DNA of 64,000 nucleotides, taken from assembly GCA_050290185.1 (NCBI GenBank), contig JBNKHE010000005.1, positions 96,001 to 160,000 of the forward strand, in the 5' to 3' direction. Shown here piece after piece: positions 19,644-29,655 of this stretch (its first letter is position 1; every line of letters begins with the position of its first letter). A program made the translations under genes and the position numbers. The notes below the pieces were generated by a model that saw only the letters and a list, made by a program, of their open reading frames with translations, did no database searches and was not told where the DNA came from. The stretch is from Pontiella sp. Lineage in GTDB: Bacteria > Verrucomicrobiota > Kiritimatiellia > Kiritimatiellales > Pontiellaceae.

Positions 19644-20767
19644 AGATTATCAACTCCTACCTCGACCCGGTAGTATAGTTTACGTGCGGTTTGATGCACG
19701 GTATCCGTATAGGAACCAGATAGCAGATTGCTGACCTGCGTGTCGAAACCTGCGTTCAGGTTGGTCGGGCTGGTGACGGTGTAGTAGCGTCCCGGGACCA
19801 CATTCCATGAAAGGACCGGATATTCCAGATGGATGGTGAAGACCGATTGTCCATTGGTTGGGTCGGTGCCGACGACATACTCTTCCCATGTAGTTGCACC
19901 GTCCGCGTCCTGATCCAGTGCGACATCGGCGGCATAATTAGTCAGCCCATACCGTACCATCCAAGTTTCCGGTACAGCATATTGCTTGAGATATATGAGC
20001 TTTTCGTAAACCAGTTCGTACAGTACACTGTAGCCTGCGGTTACGGGATGGCCGTTGAACTGGTCGAGTGGCAGTTTTAGATAGACATGCTGTGCTGCGC
20101 GTCGCCGAGTTCTCCGCCATAGCCATGATGTAGAAAGGTTGAACGGGTTCCCTCTATGAGGTAGCAGTTTTGCTCTATGGCGACATTCCGAATGACTTGG
20201 TTAGCGGCCGGCGTGGTCGGCGTCGCATTCGTCAGGTAGTCCAGTGATCCTGCGAGGTTTGCACTGAAGCCGTCAAACGGATCGAAGTAGGTCATCATTA
20301 CGATATCCGGAATGGGGATGTTGTTTTGCAGGTTTGTTACGATCCCGGTCAGGTTGGTGTAGTATTGATCAATGTCCGAGAGCGAAATAAATCCATCCTG
20401 GATACTTCCGAGCAGGTCGTTTCCGCCGATGAGGATGATTACGAGGTCCGGATTCCGGTTCTTCACGGCGCTCAAGTGCCCTTGCCAGTCGCTCGCCGTG
20501 GAGCCGGACACCGCGGCAATGCCGGGCCAGAGTGTCTAAATCGTATTGCTCTTGGCCGGAATGGAATCCTTCGCCAAACCGAAGAGCATGTCGGCCCAAC
20601 CATAGTCGCCGTTGGTTTCTGGGTTTACTCCAACGGAGATACTGTCGCCGACAATGTCGAAAACCGCATATTCCTTAGGCGATGCCGATTGTATTCCGGC
20701 GATCATCATGCAGACAGCAGCGAGTGCGAGCTTACCCCATTCTAGAACCCTGAGTAGGGGGTGCCAT
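19640..20767 (-). pseudogene. Disrupted secreted SGNH/GDSL hydrolase with a PVC-type C-terminal domain
   Basis: Signal peptide, VGDSIS (block I), AVSGST (II), IGGND (III), FNGHP (V), then W...YGL...D.DADG...WEEYV.GTDP...YYRV. Broken by an in-frame TAG (20536-20538) and a frameshift at a 5-bp duplication (20088-20097). Confidence 0.85.
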
Positions 20768-21309
20768 TATTTCCCAATAAGCTTCAGGAACTCGTTTCGG
20801 GTGGAGGATTCACGCCGGAAACTCCCCAGCATGGCTGATGTGACCATGCAGGAGTTCTGTTTCTCTACTCCGCGCATCATCATGCATAAGTGTTGCGCTT
20901 CAATAACGACTCCAACGCCCTCCGGAGCGATGGTGTCCATGAGCGAGTTGGCCACTTCGTTCGTCAGCCGTTCCTGTATCTGCAGGCGACGGGCGAAAAG
21001 GTCCACAATACGCGCGAGCTTGCTGACCCCAAGGACTTTGCCTTCGGGGATGTAGCCGATATGGCATTTGCCAAAGAAGGGGAGCATGTGATGTTCGCAC
21101 AGGCTGTAGAGTTCAATATCCTTAACGATGATCATGTGGTTGTCCTCAACCGTGAACACCGCATCGTTAATAACATCCTCCAGCCGCTGCCGGTATCCAC
21201 GCGTGAGGAATTCCATTGCTTTTGCCGCCCTTTCGGGGGTGTCGAGGAGTCCTTCGCGATTGGGGTCTTCGCCGAGGTTGGATAATAGTTCCTTGTAAAG
21301 TTCTTTCAT
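20767..21309 (-). CDS. folE: GTP cyclohydrolase I
   Basis: [46 protein letters not shown]. Confidence 0.98.
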   Translation of the reverse strand: MKELYKELLSNLGEDPNREGLLDTPERAAKAMEFLTRGYRQRLEDVINDAVFTVEDNHMIIVKDIELYSLCEHHMLPFFGKCHIGYIPEGKVLGVSKLARIVDLFARRLQIQERLTNEVANSLMDTIAPEGVGVVIEAQHLCMMMRGVEKQNSCMVTSAMLGSFRRESSTRNEFLKLIGK

Positions 21310-21335
21310 GACAATCTCCGTTAACTGGCAAGAAA

Positions 21336-23030
21336 CTATGGTTTCCGCCGGAGCCGTGCAAGTACGATCACACCTTCAACAACCATCCAGATTTGAAGAA
21401 TGGTAATCATCGTGCCGATTCCGAATAAAAGCCATTTCTCCTGATGTGCAAATGTAACCAGATTGATTCCCATGGCCCAACCGGTCATGACGATCATGAA
21501 TACCATCGGAATGGCTGTGTAGATGGTGGGGATGTTCTTGCGGGCAAGCCATACTGTGATGACCAGTAGAGCCAAGCCGCCCAGTAACTGGTTGACGGCG
21601 CCGAACAACGGCCAAAGGGCCAGGGCGCCTTTGCCCCCACCGCTGGAAAATGCGAGTAGCAGCGCGGTAAACACCGCGACAAACGTGGCGGGATGCTTTT
21701 TGCCAAAGGCCGGCAGCTTGCAGCTGTCCGCAATTTCGGAGATGATATAGCGCTGAAGGCGGGTGGCCGTGTCGAGCGTTGTCGCGGCAAACGAGGCAAC
21801 GAATACGCCCATTAACGTGGTCACAAGGGAAGGGGGAAGCTTGAGTCCCGCAATCAAATTGCCGGAGCCGGTGACGAATGCCGCGATTTTTGCACCCAGC
21901 CCCTGTGCGGATTGCCAGCTGGGATACTGTTGATTAAATGCGTCCGCGCCCGTGTAGAGTACACCGTCTTTTACAAGCCCGAGTCCAATTCCTGCGCCAC
22001 AGGCTATGATTACGAGAACGGCCAACATTCCTTCAAGGAGCATGCCACCGTAGCTGATTGGCTGAGCACTGCTTTCATTGTCACATTGTTTGGATGAGGT
22101 GCCGGACGAGACCAGACAGTGAAATCCGGAGATTGCGCCGCATGCCACCGTGATGAACAGGAGGGGGATCATGGAGGGTACTCCGTCGGCATGGAGATTG
22201 GCGGCAGGAGCTACCATGGGGGGGTGAACCGCTACGACGCCAAGCATTAGCAGGGCCATCGCAATGCAAAGCTGAAAGGCGTTGATGTAGTCCCGGGGTT
22301 GCAACAGGGTGGTCACGGGAAGAGTGGAGGCCACATAGGCATAGATAAGAAGGAGTATTACCCAGATTCCTACCGAGGACAGCCCGCCCAAGTCGGGAAG
22401 ATTGACAGGAAAGTAGCTTCCCATGACAATCGTCGAATACATAAGTATGCTGGCAATAATGCCGTAGGTGAGGTGCGACTTGCCCTTCTTGTAAACCATG
22501 AATCCCAGCCAGATTGCAATGGGTAGTTGGAACCATACAGGAATTACTGATTCCGGGAAAATGCTGAATACTGCGGCGATGACCACGCCGAAAATGGCTA
22601 TGACGATCCAGAGCGCAAAGAAAATGATTAACATAAAAAGGAATTTTACGCGCTTCCCGATGATGCTTCCTGCCAGATCGCCAATTGTTCGGCCTTCATG
22701 GCGAAGAGAAATAACCATCGATCCAAAGTCGTGCACGGCCCCCATGAAAATTGATCCGACAAGTATCCAGATCAATGCGGGCAACCATCCCCAGATGATG
22801 GCGATGGCGGGGCCAACGATGGGGCCGGTCCCAGCAATCGATGTAAAGTGGTGACCAAATAGCACCGTTTTATTAGTTGCGACAAAATCCACGCCATCAT
22901 GGTGCGTCTCGCTCGGGCACTTTGCCGTCTTATCAATCTTAAAGATACGACGGGCGAGGAATCGACCATAGGTATTATAGGCGATGATGTATAAAACAAA
23001 TGCAAATGCTGCAATAATCAGTGAGTTCAT
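21336..23030 (-). CDS. cstA: Carbon starvation protein A family transporter
   Basis: [62 protein letters not shown]. Confidence 0.96.
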   Translation of the reverse strand: MNSLIIAAFAFVLYIIAYNTYGRFLARRIFKIDKTAKCPSETHHDGVDFVATNKTVLFGHHFTSIAGTGPIVGPAIAIIWGWLPALIWILVGSIFMGAVHDFGSMVISLRHEGRTIGDLAGSIIGKRVKFLFMLIIFFALWIVIAIFGVVIAAVFSIFPESVIPVWFQLPIAIWLGFMVYKKGKSHLTYGIIASILMYSTIVMGSYFPVNLPDLGGLSSVGIWVILLLIYAYVASTLPVTTLLQPRDYINAFQLCIAMALLMLGVVAVHPPMVAPAANLHADGVPSMIPLLFITVACGAISGFHCLVSSGTSSKQCDNESSAQPISYGGMLLEGMLAVLVIIACGAGIGLGLVKDGVLYTGADAFNQQYPSWQSAQGLGAKIAAFVTGSGNLIAGLKLPPSLVTTLMGVFVASFAATTLDTATRLQRYIISEIADSCKLPAFGKKHPATFVAVFTALLLAFSSGGGKGALALWPLFGAVNQLLGGLALLVITVWLARKNIPTIYTAIPMVFMIVMTGWAMGINLVTFAHQEKWLLFGIGTMITILQIWMVVEGVIVLARLRRKP

Positions 23031-23091
23031 TTATGACCTTTAATTTCGCGTTTTTATCGCTTCTTTATGAACTATAAAAGCGGATTCTGGC

Positions 23092-24114
23092 TCAATCAAA
23101 TGGACGGCGGATCATACATTGCAGATGGGTTTTCCCATTGGAGGTGGATTCAACGTCCAAGGTTCCGCCGAGTTGCTCGGTGCGGTGTTGCATCAGCCTT
23201 ATTCCCAATCCCTTTTCGACCTTGGCAGGCAAGGGACGGCCATCATTGATCACGGATAATTCATAGGCAGTCGGAGTCGCTGCAAGAGATATGTCGACAT
23301 TAAACGCTCTCCCGTGCCGGACTGCATTCGTTATGGCTTCCTGGGTAATTCGATAGAGTTGATGTTGGATGTGCTTCGGTATTTCATTGTCCTCGACTTT
23401 AAAATCAAGGTTAAACTTGGTGCCTGCGGTTTCTGCAAAATGTTCAGCTACGGCAGCTACGGCATTCATGTAGCTGGTATTCTGGTTCGCGAAGAAGTGA
23501 TCAACAAACTCAAGGTTCTCAATCGTGGCTATGCACTCGTCTATCATTCTATTCAATTTAGCCGCTTGAAGATGTGCGGGGTTCCCCTCAAACACCAAGT
23601 GATTAACAAGCACATCGCATCTTTTAAGCATCCTGGATAAGGAATCTCCAATATCCCCAAGAAGCATGTGGCTCAGCAATACTTGAGAGGTCTCATGGCT
23701 CTGAACAATATAATGCTGTAATCGTCTGAGTTCCTCGGTTCGTTCCCCAACTTTTTGCTCTAAAATCGAATTGAGGCGCTCGAATTTACTTTTCGTATAA
23801 CCTAGAAAAGCAATAGCGGCAGAAGTCGCCAACTGTGTGGATATTCCGAAGGGATTAAATGCCTCGTCCCACAAACCCGGATCATTGGAATAGTAATGCA
23901 ATAGAAAGTAGTGATACGGGATGGTGAGAGCGGTTGTGACCACGCAACCTGTGAAGCCATATAGCCATGCTCCAACCATTGCGAGAGCGATCGAAAACAA
24001 CATTACGGATATGTTGAGCGCCGGGAATGCCAGAAAAGAAAAAAGTACGTAGGCCAACCATGCACACAAATAGAGCATCTGTTTTGTTTGTCTTATATCA
24101 AATAAGTTAAACAT
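23092..24114 (-). CDS. NarX/HisKA_3-type membrane histidine-kinase homolog lacking the phosphoacceptor His, ATPase domain largely intact
   Basis: About 4 TM, V.ERTEEL coiled coil. H-box position reads SHMLLGDIGDSL; RITQEAITNAVRHG, INDG, GLGIRLM, LGGTL are retained. Confidence 0.85.
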   Translation of the reverse strand: MFNLFDIRQTKQMLYLCAWLAYVLFSFLAFPALNISVMLFSIALAMVGAWLYGFTGCVVTTALTIPYHYFLLHYYSNDPGLWDEAFNPFGISTQLATSAAIAFLGYTKSKFERLNSILEQKVGERTEELRRLQHYIVQSHETSQVLLSHMLLGDIGDSLSRMLKRCDVLVNHLVFEGNPAHLQAAKLNRMIDECIATIENLEFVDHFFANQNTSYMNAVAAVAEHFAETAGTKFNLDFKVEDNEIPKHIQHQLYRITQEAITNAVRHGRAFNVDISLAATPTAYELSVINDGRPLPAKVEKGLGIRLMQHRTEQLGGTLDVESTSNGKTHLQCMIRRPFD

Positions 24115-24128
24115 TATCTTTTCGCATT

Positions 24129-25142
24129 TTAAGTCGGCTTAACTGAAGAAATGCCATTGGGTACAGAGCACCTAATGATAATATCATCGGTTGGTGAAAT
24201 TTCTGTGCTTAACTCACCGTGAATAAGCTTTGCTCTGTAACGCATCAGTTCCACAAACATGTTGTTCGAGATATTCTCTGGGCTATTGCATCCCTCCACT
24301 TTCGTGAGTAGGCAGTATTTGTCTGATTCAGAGTAAAGATGAATTCTAATCCATGATGGATTGTCATCGTGTTGAGTATTAAGAATGCATTCGTATACAA
24401 TTCGGTAAAAGTGAGTTACGATGAAATCTGGAATATCTTGGATGGAAAAGTCCAATTTCGTCTCGAACTGGATGTTAGCTTTTTCAGAAAAGTAGGATGT
24501 CAGCTCATCAAATGCTGCATCCAAGCCAGCCTCCATCATTTTAAACGGAAATAAGGTTCGAGATATCTTTCTGGCAAGATAAAGGTTTCGTTGGGCCGAT
24601 CGAACTAAGTCCACAACCCGATCCAACTCTCTGAAGGAGCTTTTTTCAAGATCGGCCTGCAGTGTGCTGCTGTAAAGCAACAAACCTGTTAAGGTTTGGC
24701 CTAGGCCATCGTGGATGTCCTGACCAAGGTTGCGCCGAACATGTTCGTCATCCGTGATCAACTGTTCGATCAGGCGGTTGAGTTCTTCGGTGCGCTCAGC
24801 AACCCTTCGGTCCAATTCGATAGAGAGATCTTTTACCCGATCTTTCTGATTCTTTAGCGTTCCCATGAGCGGAGCTATTAATACTGGTACGAAAGTGCCG
24901 AGCGCTTTCGCCTGATAAATCTCGATAACGTCCCCATAATAACCGAGAAGAAAAGCGTTGTATGGCAAGGATAGAAGAACAATTAATAATCCATTTCTTG
25001 TTCCAAACAGCCAGGCACCAAGCCCATAAAGACCAAGTGAGGGGATTGCTGCGTTTATGTTGACGAGAGGGAAATAGTGAAAACTGGCCCATATATAGAT
25101 GATCCATAGAAGACCGTAAGCGATATGTTTTATCTTTCCCAT
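24129..25142 (-). CDS. NarX/HisKA_3-type membrane histidine-kinase homolog with intact H-box and degenerate ATPase domain
   Basis: About 4 TM, VAERTEEL, RRNLGQDIHDGLGQTL. G1 and G2 boxes are replaced (KVEGC; NNMFVELM). Confidence 0.85.
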   Translation of the reverse strand: MGKIKHIAYGLLWIIYIWASFHYFPLVNINAAIPSLGLYGLGAWLFGTRNGLLIVLLSLPYNAFLLGYYGDVIEIYQAKALGTFVPVLIAPLMGTLKNQKDRVKDLSIELDRRVAERTEELNRLIEQLITDDEHVRRNLGQDIHDGLGQTLTGLLLYSSTLQADLEKSSFRELDRVVDLVRSAQRNLYLARKISRTLFPFKMMEAGLDAAFDELTSYFSEKANIQFETKLDFSIQDIPDFIVTHFYRIVYECILNTQHDDNPSWIRIHLYSESDKYCLLTKVEGCNSPENISNNMFVELMRYRAKLIHGELSTEISPTDDIIIRCSVPNGISSVKPT

Positions 25143-25278
25143 ACTCTAAAGATAGCAGAGGCATGGAGAGTAACAACCTCTTTATTGTAGCTAGAAACAG
25201 CCGATTATTCGCTCCTTTGACAACTGGGACTAAATTCGATTTGCCGCGTGTAGGGGGATTCCCTAAAGTGCGCGGATT

Positions 25279-26358
25279 ATGAAAAAAACAATACTGCACG
25301 CACAGCATCTTGAACTTGGGGCCCGCATGGGGGAATTCGGTGGATGGGATATGCCGATTCAATATGCCGGAATTCTGCAGGAGCACCATCATACACGATC
25401 TAAGGCATCCGTATTCGATATTTGCCATATGGGTGAATTCGAACTTTCAGGCCTGACGGCGTGTGGGGATCTTGAAATGCTCCTTACCTGCAATATTTCA
25501 TCATTACAGATTGGGCAGGTCCGTTATGGATTTATGCTCAATGAGAAAGGGGGAACCATCGACGATCTGACCTGCTACCGGTTGGAGTCGGAGCGCTACA
25601 TGCTCGTAGTAAATGCCGGAACGGCCGAAAAAGATGCGGAGTGGATTAAGGCGCACCTTTCTAAGGAAACCATTTTTGAGGACCGATCCGATTCTTTGGC
25701 CAAACTCGACATACAAGGTCCGGAATCACGTCATGCACTCGAAGACGTCTTGGGGTGCACATTGCCGGAATTGGGCTACTTTCGATTCAAGGAATTTGAT
25801 ACAGGGGGAGCCTCATGCATCCTGAGCAGAACCGGATACACCGGTGATTTTGGATATGAAATCTATTTACCAACTACGGCGGCACAGCAATTGTGGACAA
25901 AACTACTTACTCATGAATTGATAGAGCCCGCCGGATTGGGAGCGCGTGACACCCTTCGTTTGGAAATGGGATACCCATTATACGGGCATGAGCTGTCAGA
26001 AACCCGAACGCCGGTGGAAACATCGCGCGGCGCATTTATCAACACGGATAAAAGGTTCATTGGACGAGAGCAAGTTTCCTCTGACCTGGATAACCCACCG
26101 GCCTATCTGGTTGGCCTGATGTTCGATTCCAAGAGGGCGGCTCGGGAGCATGACAAGGTCTTTGTTAATGACCTGGAGATTGGTGAAGTGACCAGCGGAT
26201 CCGTGGCACCTAGTCTGGGTACTGCGGTGGCCATGGCATTTGTTAAGCCGGAATGCGCGGAAGTCGGAAAGACGCTCCTCGTCGATATTCGCGGAAAAAA
26301 GTTTCCGGCCGAAATTGTCGAACTTCCATTTTACAAGCACGGGACTGCCCGTAACTGA
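25279..26358 (+). CDS. gcvT: Glycine cleavage T protein (aminomethyltransferase)
   Basis: FGGWDMPIQY, FDICHMG, SRTGYTG..GYE, GLGARDTLRLEMG.PLYGHE. Confidence 0.97.
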   Translation: MKKTILHAQHLELGARMGEFGGWDMPIQYAGILQEHHHTRSKASVFDICHMGEFELSGLTACGDLEMLLTCNISSLQIGQVRYGFMLNEKGGTIDDLTCYRLESERYMLVVNAGTAEKDAEWIKAHLSKETIFEDRSDSLAKLDIQGPESRHALEDVLGCTLPELGYFRFKEFDTGGASCILSRTGYTGDFGYEIYLPTTAAQQLWTKLLTHELIEPAGLGARDTLRLEMGYPLYGHELSETRTPVETSRGAFINTDKRFIGREQVSSDLDNPPAYLVGLMFDSKRAAREHDKVFVNDLEIGEVTSGSVAPSLGTAVAMAFVKPECAEVGKTLLVDIRGKKFPAEIVELPFYKHGTARN

Positions 26359-26379
26359 TTAAAAACGAAAGAAAACAAC

Positions 26380-27729
26380 ATGAAGAAAACTCCGTTTTGT
26401 GCGACCAGTGAGCAGGATCAGGTCGCCATGTTCCAGACTTTGGGCATTGCTGATTTTGATGATCTTTTTGCTGCCATACCCGATGATCTGCGCTCCGATG
26501 AGCTTAATATTCCCGAAGGGCTTTCCGAGATGGAAATGATGCAACACGTCCGCAAGATTGCCCGGAAAAATTCAACCAACCTGGTCAATTTCTGTGGCGC
26601 CGGATTTTACGATCATTACATCCCGGCGGCAGTCAGCGCGTTGTCGAGTCGCGGCGAATTCTACACCGCGTATACGCCTTATCAGCCGGAAGCATCGCAG
26701 GGAACGTTGCAAGCCGCCTTCGAATACCAGACGGCCATCTGTCGGCTTACAGGAATGGAAGTGGCCAACGCCTCGCTGTTTGATGGAGGAACGGCGTTGT
26801 TCGAGGGCATCATGATGGCTTTACGTCATACGCGTAGAAACAAGGTTTTAGTCGATGAAGGCGTTAATCCGATCTACCGGGCTATGCTGCGTTGCTATAC
26901 CCAAAATCTGTCGGTCGACTATCAGGAAATCCAGCTATCGAAGAATGGCGTGGCGGATCGATCGGCCTATTCTTCTGCATTGGATGAGACGGTGGGTGCC
27001 GTCGTATTACAGAATCCCAATTTCTTCGGTTGTCTCGATAATCTCAGCGAACTGATCGAGCGTGTTCACGCCGTCAAGGCCCTGGCCATCATGTCGGTCT
27101 ATCCCATTGCCCTTTCCCATGTAGAAACTCCCGGGGCCATGGGCGCGGATATTGTGACCGGCGAAGGTCAAAGTCTTGGGCTTCCACTTAACTTTGGAGG
27201 CCCCTATCTTGGCTTTATGGCGACCAGTAAAAAGCTGGTCCGCAAGATGCCGGGACGCATCGTAGGGGAAACCACAGATGCGCAAGGTCGCAGAGGATAT
27301 GTGTTGACCCTGCAGGCACGGGAGCAGCATATCCGCCGGGAAAAGGCGACGTCGAACATTTGCTCGAATGTACAGCTCTGTGCGCTCAGAGCTATTATTT
27401 ATCTGTCGCTTGTCGGCCGGGAAGGTTTCCTGGAGGTCGGACGTGATTGCATGGACCGGGCCAGCTATGCGTGGCATAAGATCACCCGGATTCCCGGAGT
27501 CGAACCCGCGTTCAATCGCCGTTTTTTCAACGAATTTGCCGTACGCCTGCCGAGAGATGCGTCGGATGTAGTGAGTGCCATGGTTGACCAGGGTATCGCT
27601 GCCGGATTCCCGGTAGGTCGCTACTACGAAGGTATGGACAATATCCTGTTGCTGTCTTTCACAGAAAAGCGAACGAAGGAAGAAATCGATATCATGGTCG
27701 CCAAGTTGGAAAGCGCGCTGGGCGCATAA
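26380..27729 (+). CDS. gcvPA: Glycine dehydrogenase subunit 1
   Basis: EFYTAYTPYQPEASQGTLQ, LQAREQHIRREKATSNICSN. Confidence 0.97.
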   Translation: MKKTPFCATSEQDQVAMFQTLGIADFDDLFAAIPDDLRSDELNIPEGLSEMEMMQHVRKIARKNSTNLVNFCGAGFYDHYIPAAVSALSSRGEFYTAYTPYQPEASQGTLQAAFEYQTAICRLTGMEVANASLFDGGTALFEGIMMALRHTRRNKVLVDEGVNPIYRAMLRCYTQNLSVDYQEIQLSKNGVADRSAYSSALDETVGAVVLQNPNFFGCLDNLSELIERVHAVKALAIMSVYPIALSHVETPGAMGADIVTGEGQSLGLPLNFGGPYLGFMATSKKLVRKMPGRIVGETTDAQGRRGYVLTLQAREQHIRREKATSNICSNVQLCALRAIIYLSLVGREGFLEVGRDCMDRASYAWHKITRIPGVEPAFNRRFFNEFAVRLPRDASDVVSAMVDQGIAAGFPVGRYYEGMDNILLLSFTEKRTKEEIDIMVAKLESALGA

Positions 27730-27741
27730 AGGATTTTTGCT

Positions 27742-29187
27742 ATGAAACTCATCTACGAAAAATCATCTCCGGGCCGTCCCGGGGTTCAAATGTCTTCGAT
27801 CAAGATTTCACCGTCGGAGGAAATCCCTTCGAAATATCTCCGAGGCAAACCGGCTGAACTTCCGGAGGTATCAGAAGCGGAAGTCGTCCGTCATTTTACG
27901 GCTCTGTCGCGCCTCAACTTTTCGGTGGATACCCACTTTTATCCGTTGGGATCCTGCACCATGAAATACAATCCCAAGGCGTGCGAGGCGGCTGCCAACA
28001 TGCCGGAGCTAACCGATGTTCATCCTCTATGGCCGCAGCTTCGCGGCGGAGGATTGCTGACCCAGGGCTCGCTAGCCGTTTTGTACAATACCGAGCGATT
28101 GCTATCCGAAGCTACGGGGCTGGACGAATTCACCCTTCAGCCCATGGCCGGCGCGCATGGCGAACTGACCGGCGTGATGATTATGGCGGCCTATCACAAG
28201 GACCGTGGAAACGAGAAGGACCACATTATTATTCCGGACTCGGCGCATGGGACCAATCCCGCGAGTGCTCAGCTGGCGGGTTATAAAGTTGTGACGATTC
28301 CCTCTGATGAAAAAGGCATGATGGATTTCGACCTTTTCATGGAAGCGCTGAACGAAAAAACCGCAGGCGTAATGCTTACCTGTCCGAATACACTAGGCGT
28401 GTTCAATACGCGAATACGCGAAATCTGCGACGCGGTGCACGAGGTGGATGGGTTGATGTATTATGACGGCGCAAACTTCAACGCCATCATGGGGCGCTAC
28501 AAACCCGGCGATATGGGCTTCGATATCTGCCACCTCAACCTGCATAAATCTTTCGCGACGCCTCATGGCGGTGGTGGCCCGGGCGCCGGGCCCGTGGGTG
28601 TCGTGGACAAACTTCGGCCCTATCTTCCTGTTTCGCGCGTAGTAAAAACCAATGACGGCATTTTTGCGCTCAACTATGATGAGCCGAAAAGCATTGGCTA
28701 TATCGCTCCGTTCTACGGAAACTTCGGGATCATTGCCCGGGCTTATGCCTACATGTTATCACTGGGACGCGATGGCATGCTGGGAACCAGCAACCGCGCG
28801 GTGCTGAATGCCAATTACCTGCAGGAAAAGCTGCGTCCCTTGTTCGGCGAGGAATATAAGGGACGATGCATGCACGAGTTTGTCTTTTCCGGGAAGTGCC
28901 TTGCGGAATATGGCGTACATACGCTTGATCTGGCCAAAGGCATGATCGACCGGGGGATTCATCCGCCAACCGTCTATTTCCCTCTCAATGTCCCCGAGGC
29001 CTTCATGGTTGAACCGACGGAAACCGAGGATCGGGATACGCTGGATCACTTCGTTGAGGTGGTGGAAGAGTTGTTCACTCTAGCTAAAACCGATGCGGAC
29101 AAGCTGCATGAGGCCCCTGTTTCAACCCCTGTTGGACGATTGGACGAGGTCAAGGCGGCCCGGGATATGCAGCTCAGTTTTTCGTGA
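27742..29187 (+). CDS. gcvPB: Glycine dehydrogenase subunit 2
   Basis: YPLGSCTMKYNP, SAHGTNPASA, HLNLHKSFATPHGGGGPG (PLP Lys), EPTETE. Confidence 0.97.
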   Translation: MKLIYEKSSPGRPGVQMSSIKISPSEEIPSKYLRGKPAELPEVSEAEVVRHFTALSRLNFSVDTHFYPLGSCTMKYNPKACEAAANMPELTDVHPLWPQLRGGGLLTQGSLAVLYNTERLLSEATGLDEFTLQPMAGAHGELTGVMIMAAYHKDRGNEKDHIIIPDSAHGTNPASAQLAGYKVVTIPSDEKGMMDFDLFMEALNEKTAGVMLTCPNTLGVFNTRIREICDAVHEVDGLMYYDGANFNAIMGRYKPGDMGFDICHLNLHKSFATPHGGGGPGAGPVGVVDKLRPYLPVSRVVKTNDGIFALNYDEPKSIGYIAPFYGNFGIIARAYAYMLSLGRDGMLGTSNRAVLNANYLQEKLRPLFGEEYKGRCMHEFVFSGKCLAEYGVHTLDLAKGMIDRGIHPPTVYFPLNVPEAFMVEPTETEDRDTLDHFVEVVEELFTLAKTDADKLHEAPVSTPVGRLDEVKAARDMQLSFS

Positions 29188-29279
29188 CAATTTAAAATAC
29201 GCGGTTATTCTTCTGAACAAAAGACGACCATATTGGTCATTTATTCATAAGTTAGTAATAGTAACCTAGGAGTTCCAAC

Positions 29280-29501
29280 ATGAAGAAAACGATGAGTATT
29301 GCAATTGTTGCACTGATGATGGCTGGTTCCATGGCGTTTGCCTGCGATACCTGCGGGTGTAAAGAGAAGAAAGCCGAGAAGAAGGCATGTTGTACCGCAG
29401 AAAAAAAGTGCGACAAGTGCACTGCGGAAAAAGCTTGTGATTCTTGCGCCAAGAAAGCCGCTGAAGCGAAGAAGGCTGCGGAAGCTGACACAGCCGAATA
29501 G
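29280..29501 (+). CDS. Small secreted Cys/Lys/Ala-rich protein
   Basis: AGGAG SD, signal peptide ending AFA, 9 Cys in the mature part, own terminator. Confidence 0.8.
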   Translation: MKKTMSIAIVALMMAGSMAFACDTCGCKEKKAEKKACCTAEKKCDKCTAEKACDSCAKKAAEAKKAAEADTAE

Positions 29502-29525
29502 TACGTCAGCATCTCTGAAAAATTC

Positions 29526-29555
29526 AAAGACCTCCCCGGCCGGGGAGGTCTTTTT
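29526..29555 (+). terminator. Rho-independent terminator
   Basis: AAAGACCTCCCCG-GC-CGGGGAGGTCTTTTT perfect inverted repeat plus T-run. Confidence 0.85.
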
Positions 29556-29655
29556 CCGTTTCAACACGGTTTATACTGAAAAAGCAAAATGAGGGTTTGC
29601 CGCAAAAAGGGGCGCGCGGTATTCTCCATTCAGCTTTTGCAGTTTGGGAGGAGTT

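Noticed and set aside
20536..20538. In-frame TAG as pyrrolysine or readthrough
   Set aside because: The same gene has independent frameshifts and no pyl genes are seen; pseudogenisation is simpler.
25143..25278. Glycine riboswitch before gcvT (GGAGAG present)
   Set aside because: The other conserved elements (CCGAAG, CTCAGG) are absent, and the likely promoter lies immediately before the ATG.
29280..29501. c-type cytochrome or ferredoxin call for the Cys-rich peptide
   Set aside because: No CxxCH and no CxxCxxC ferredoxin motif.
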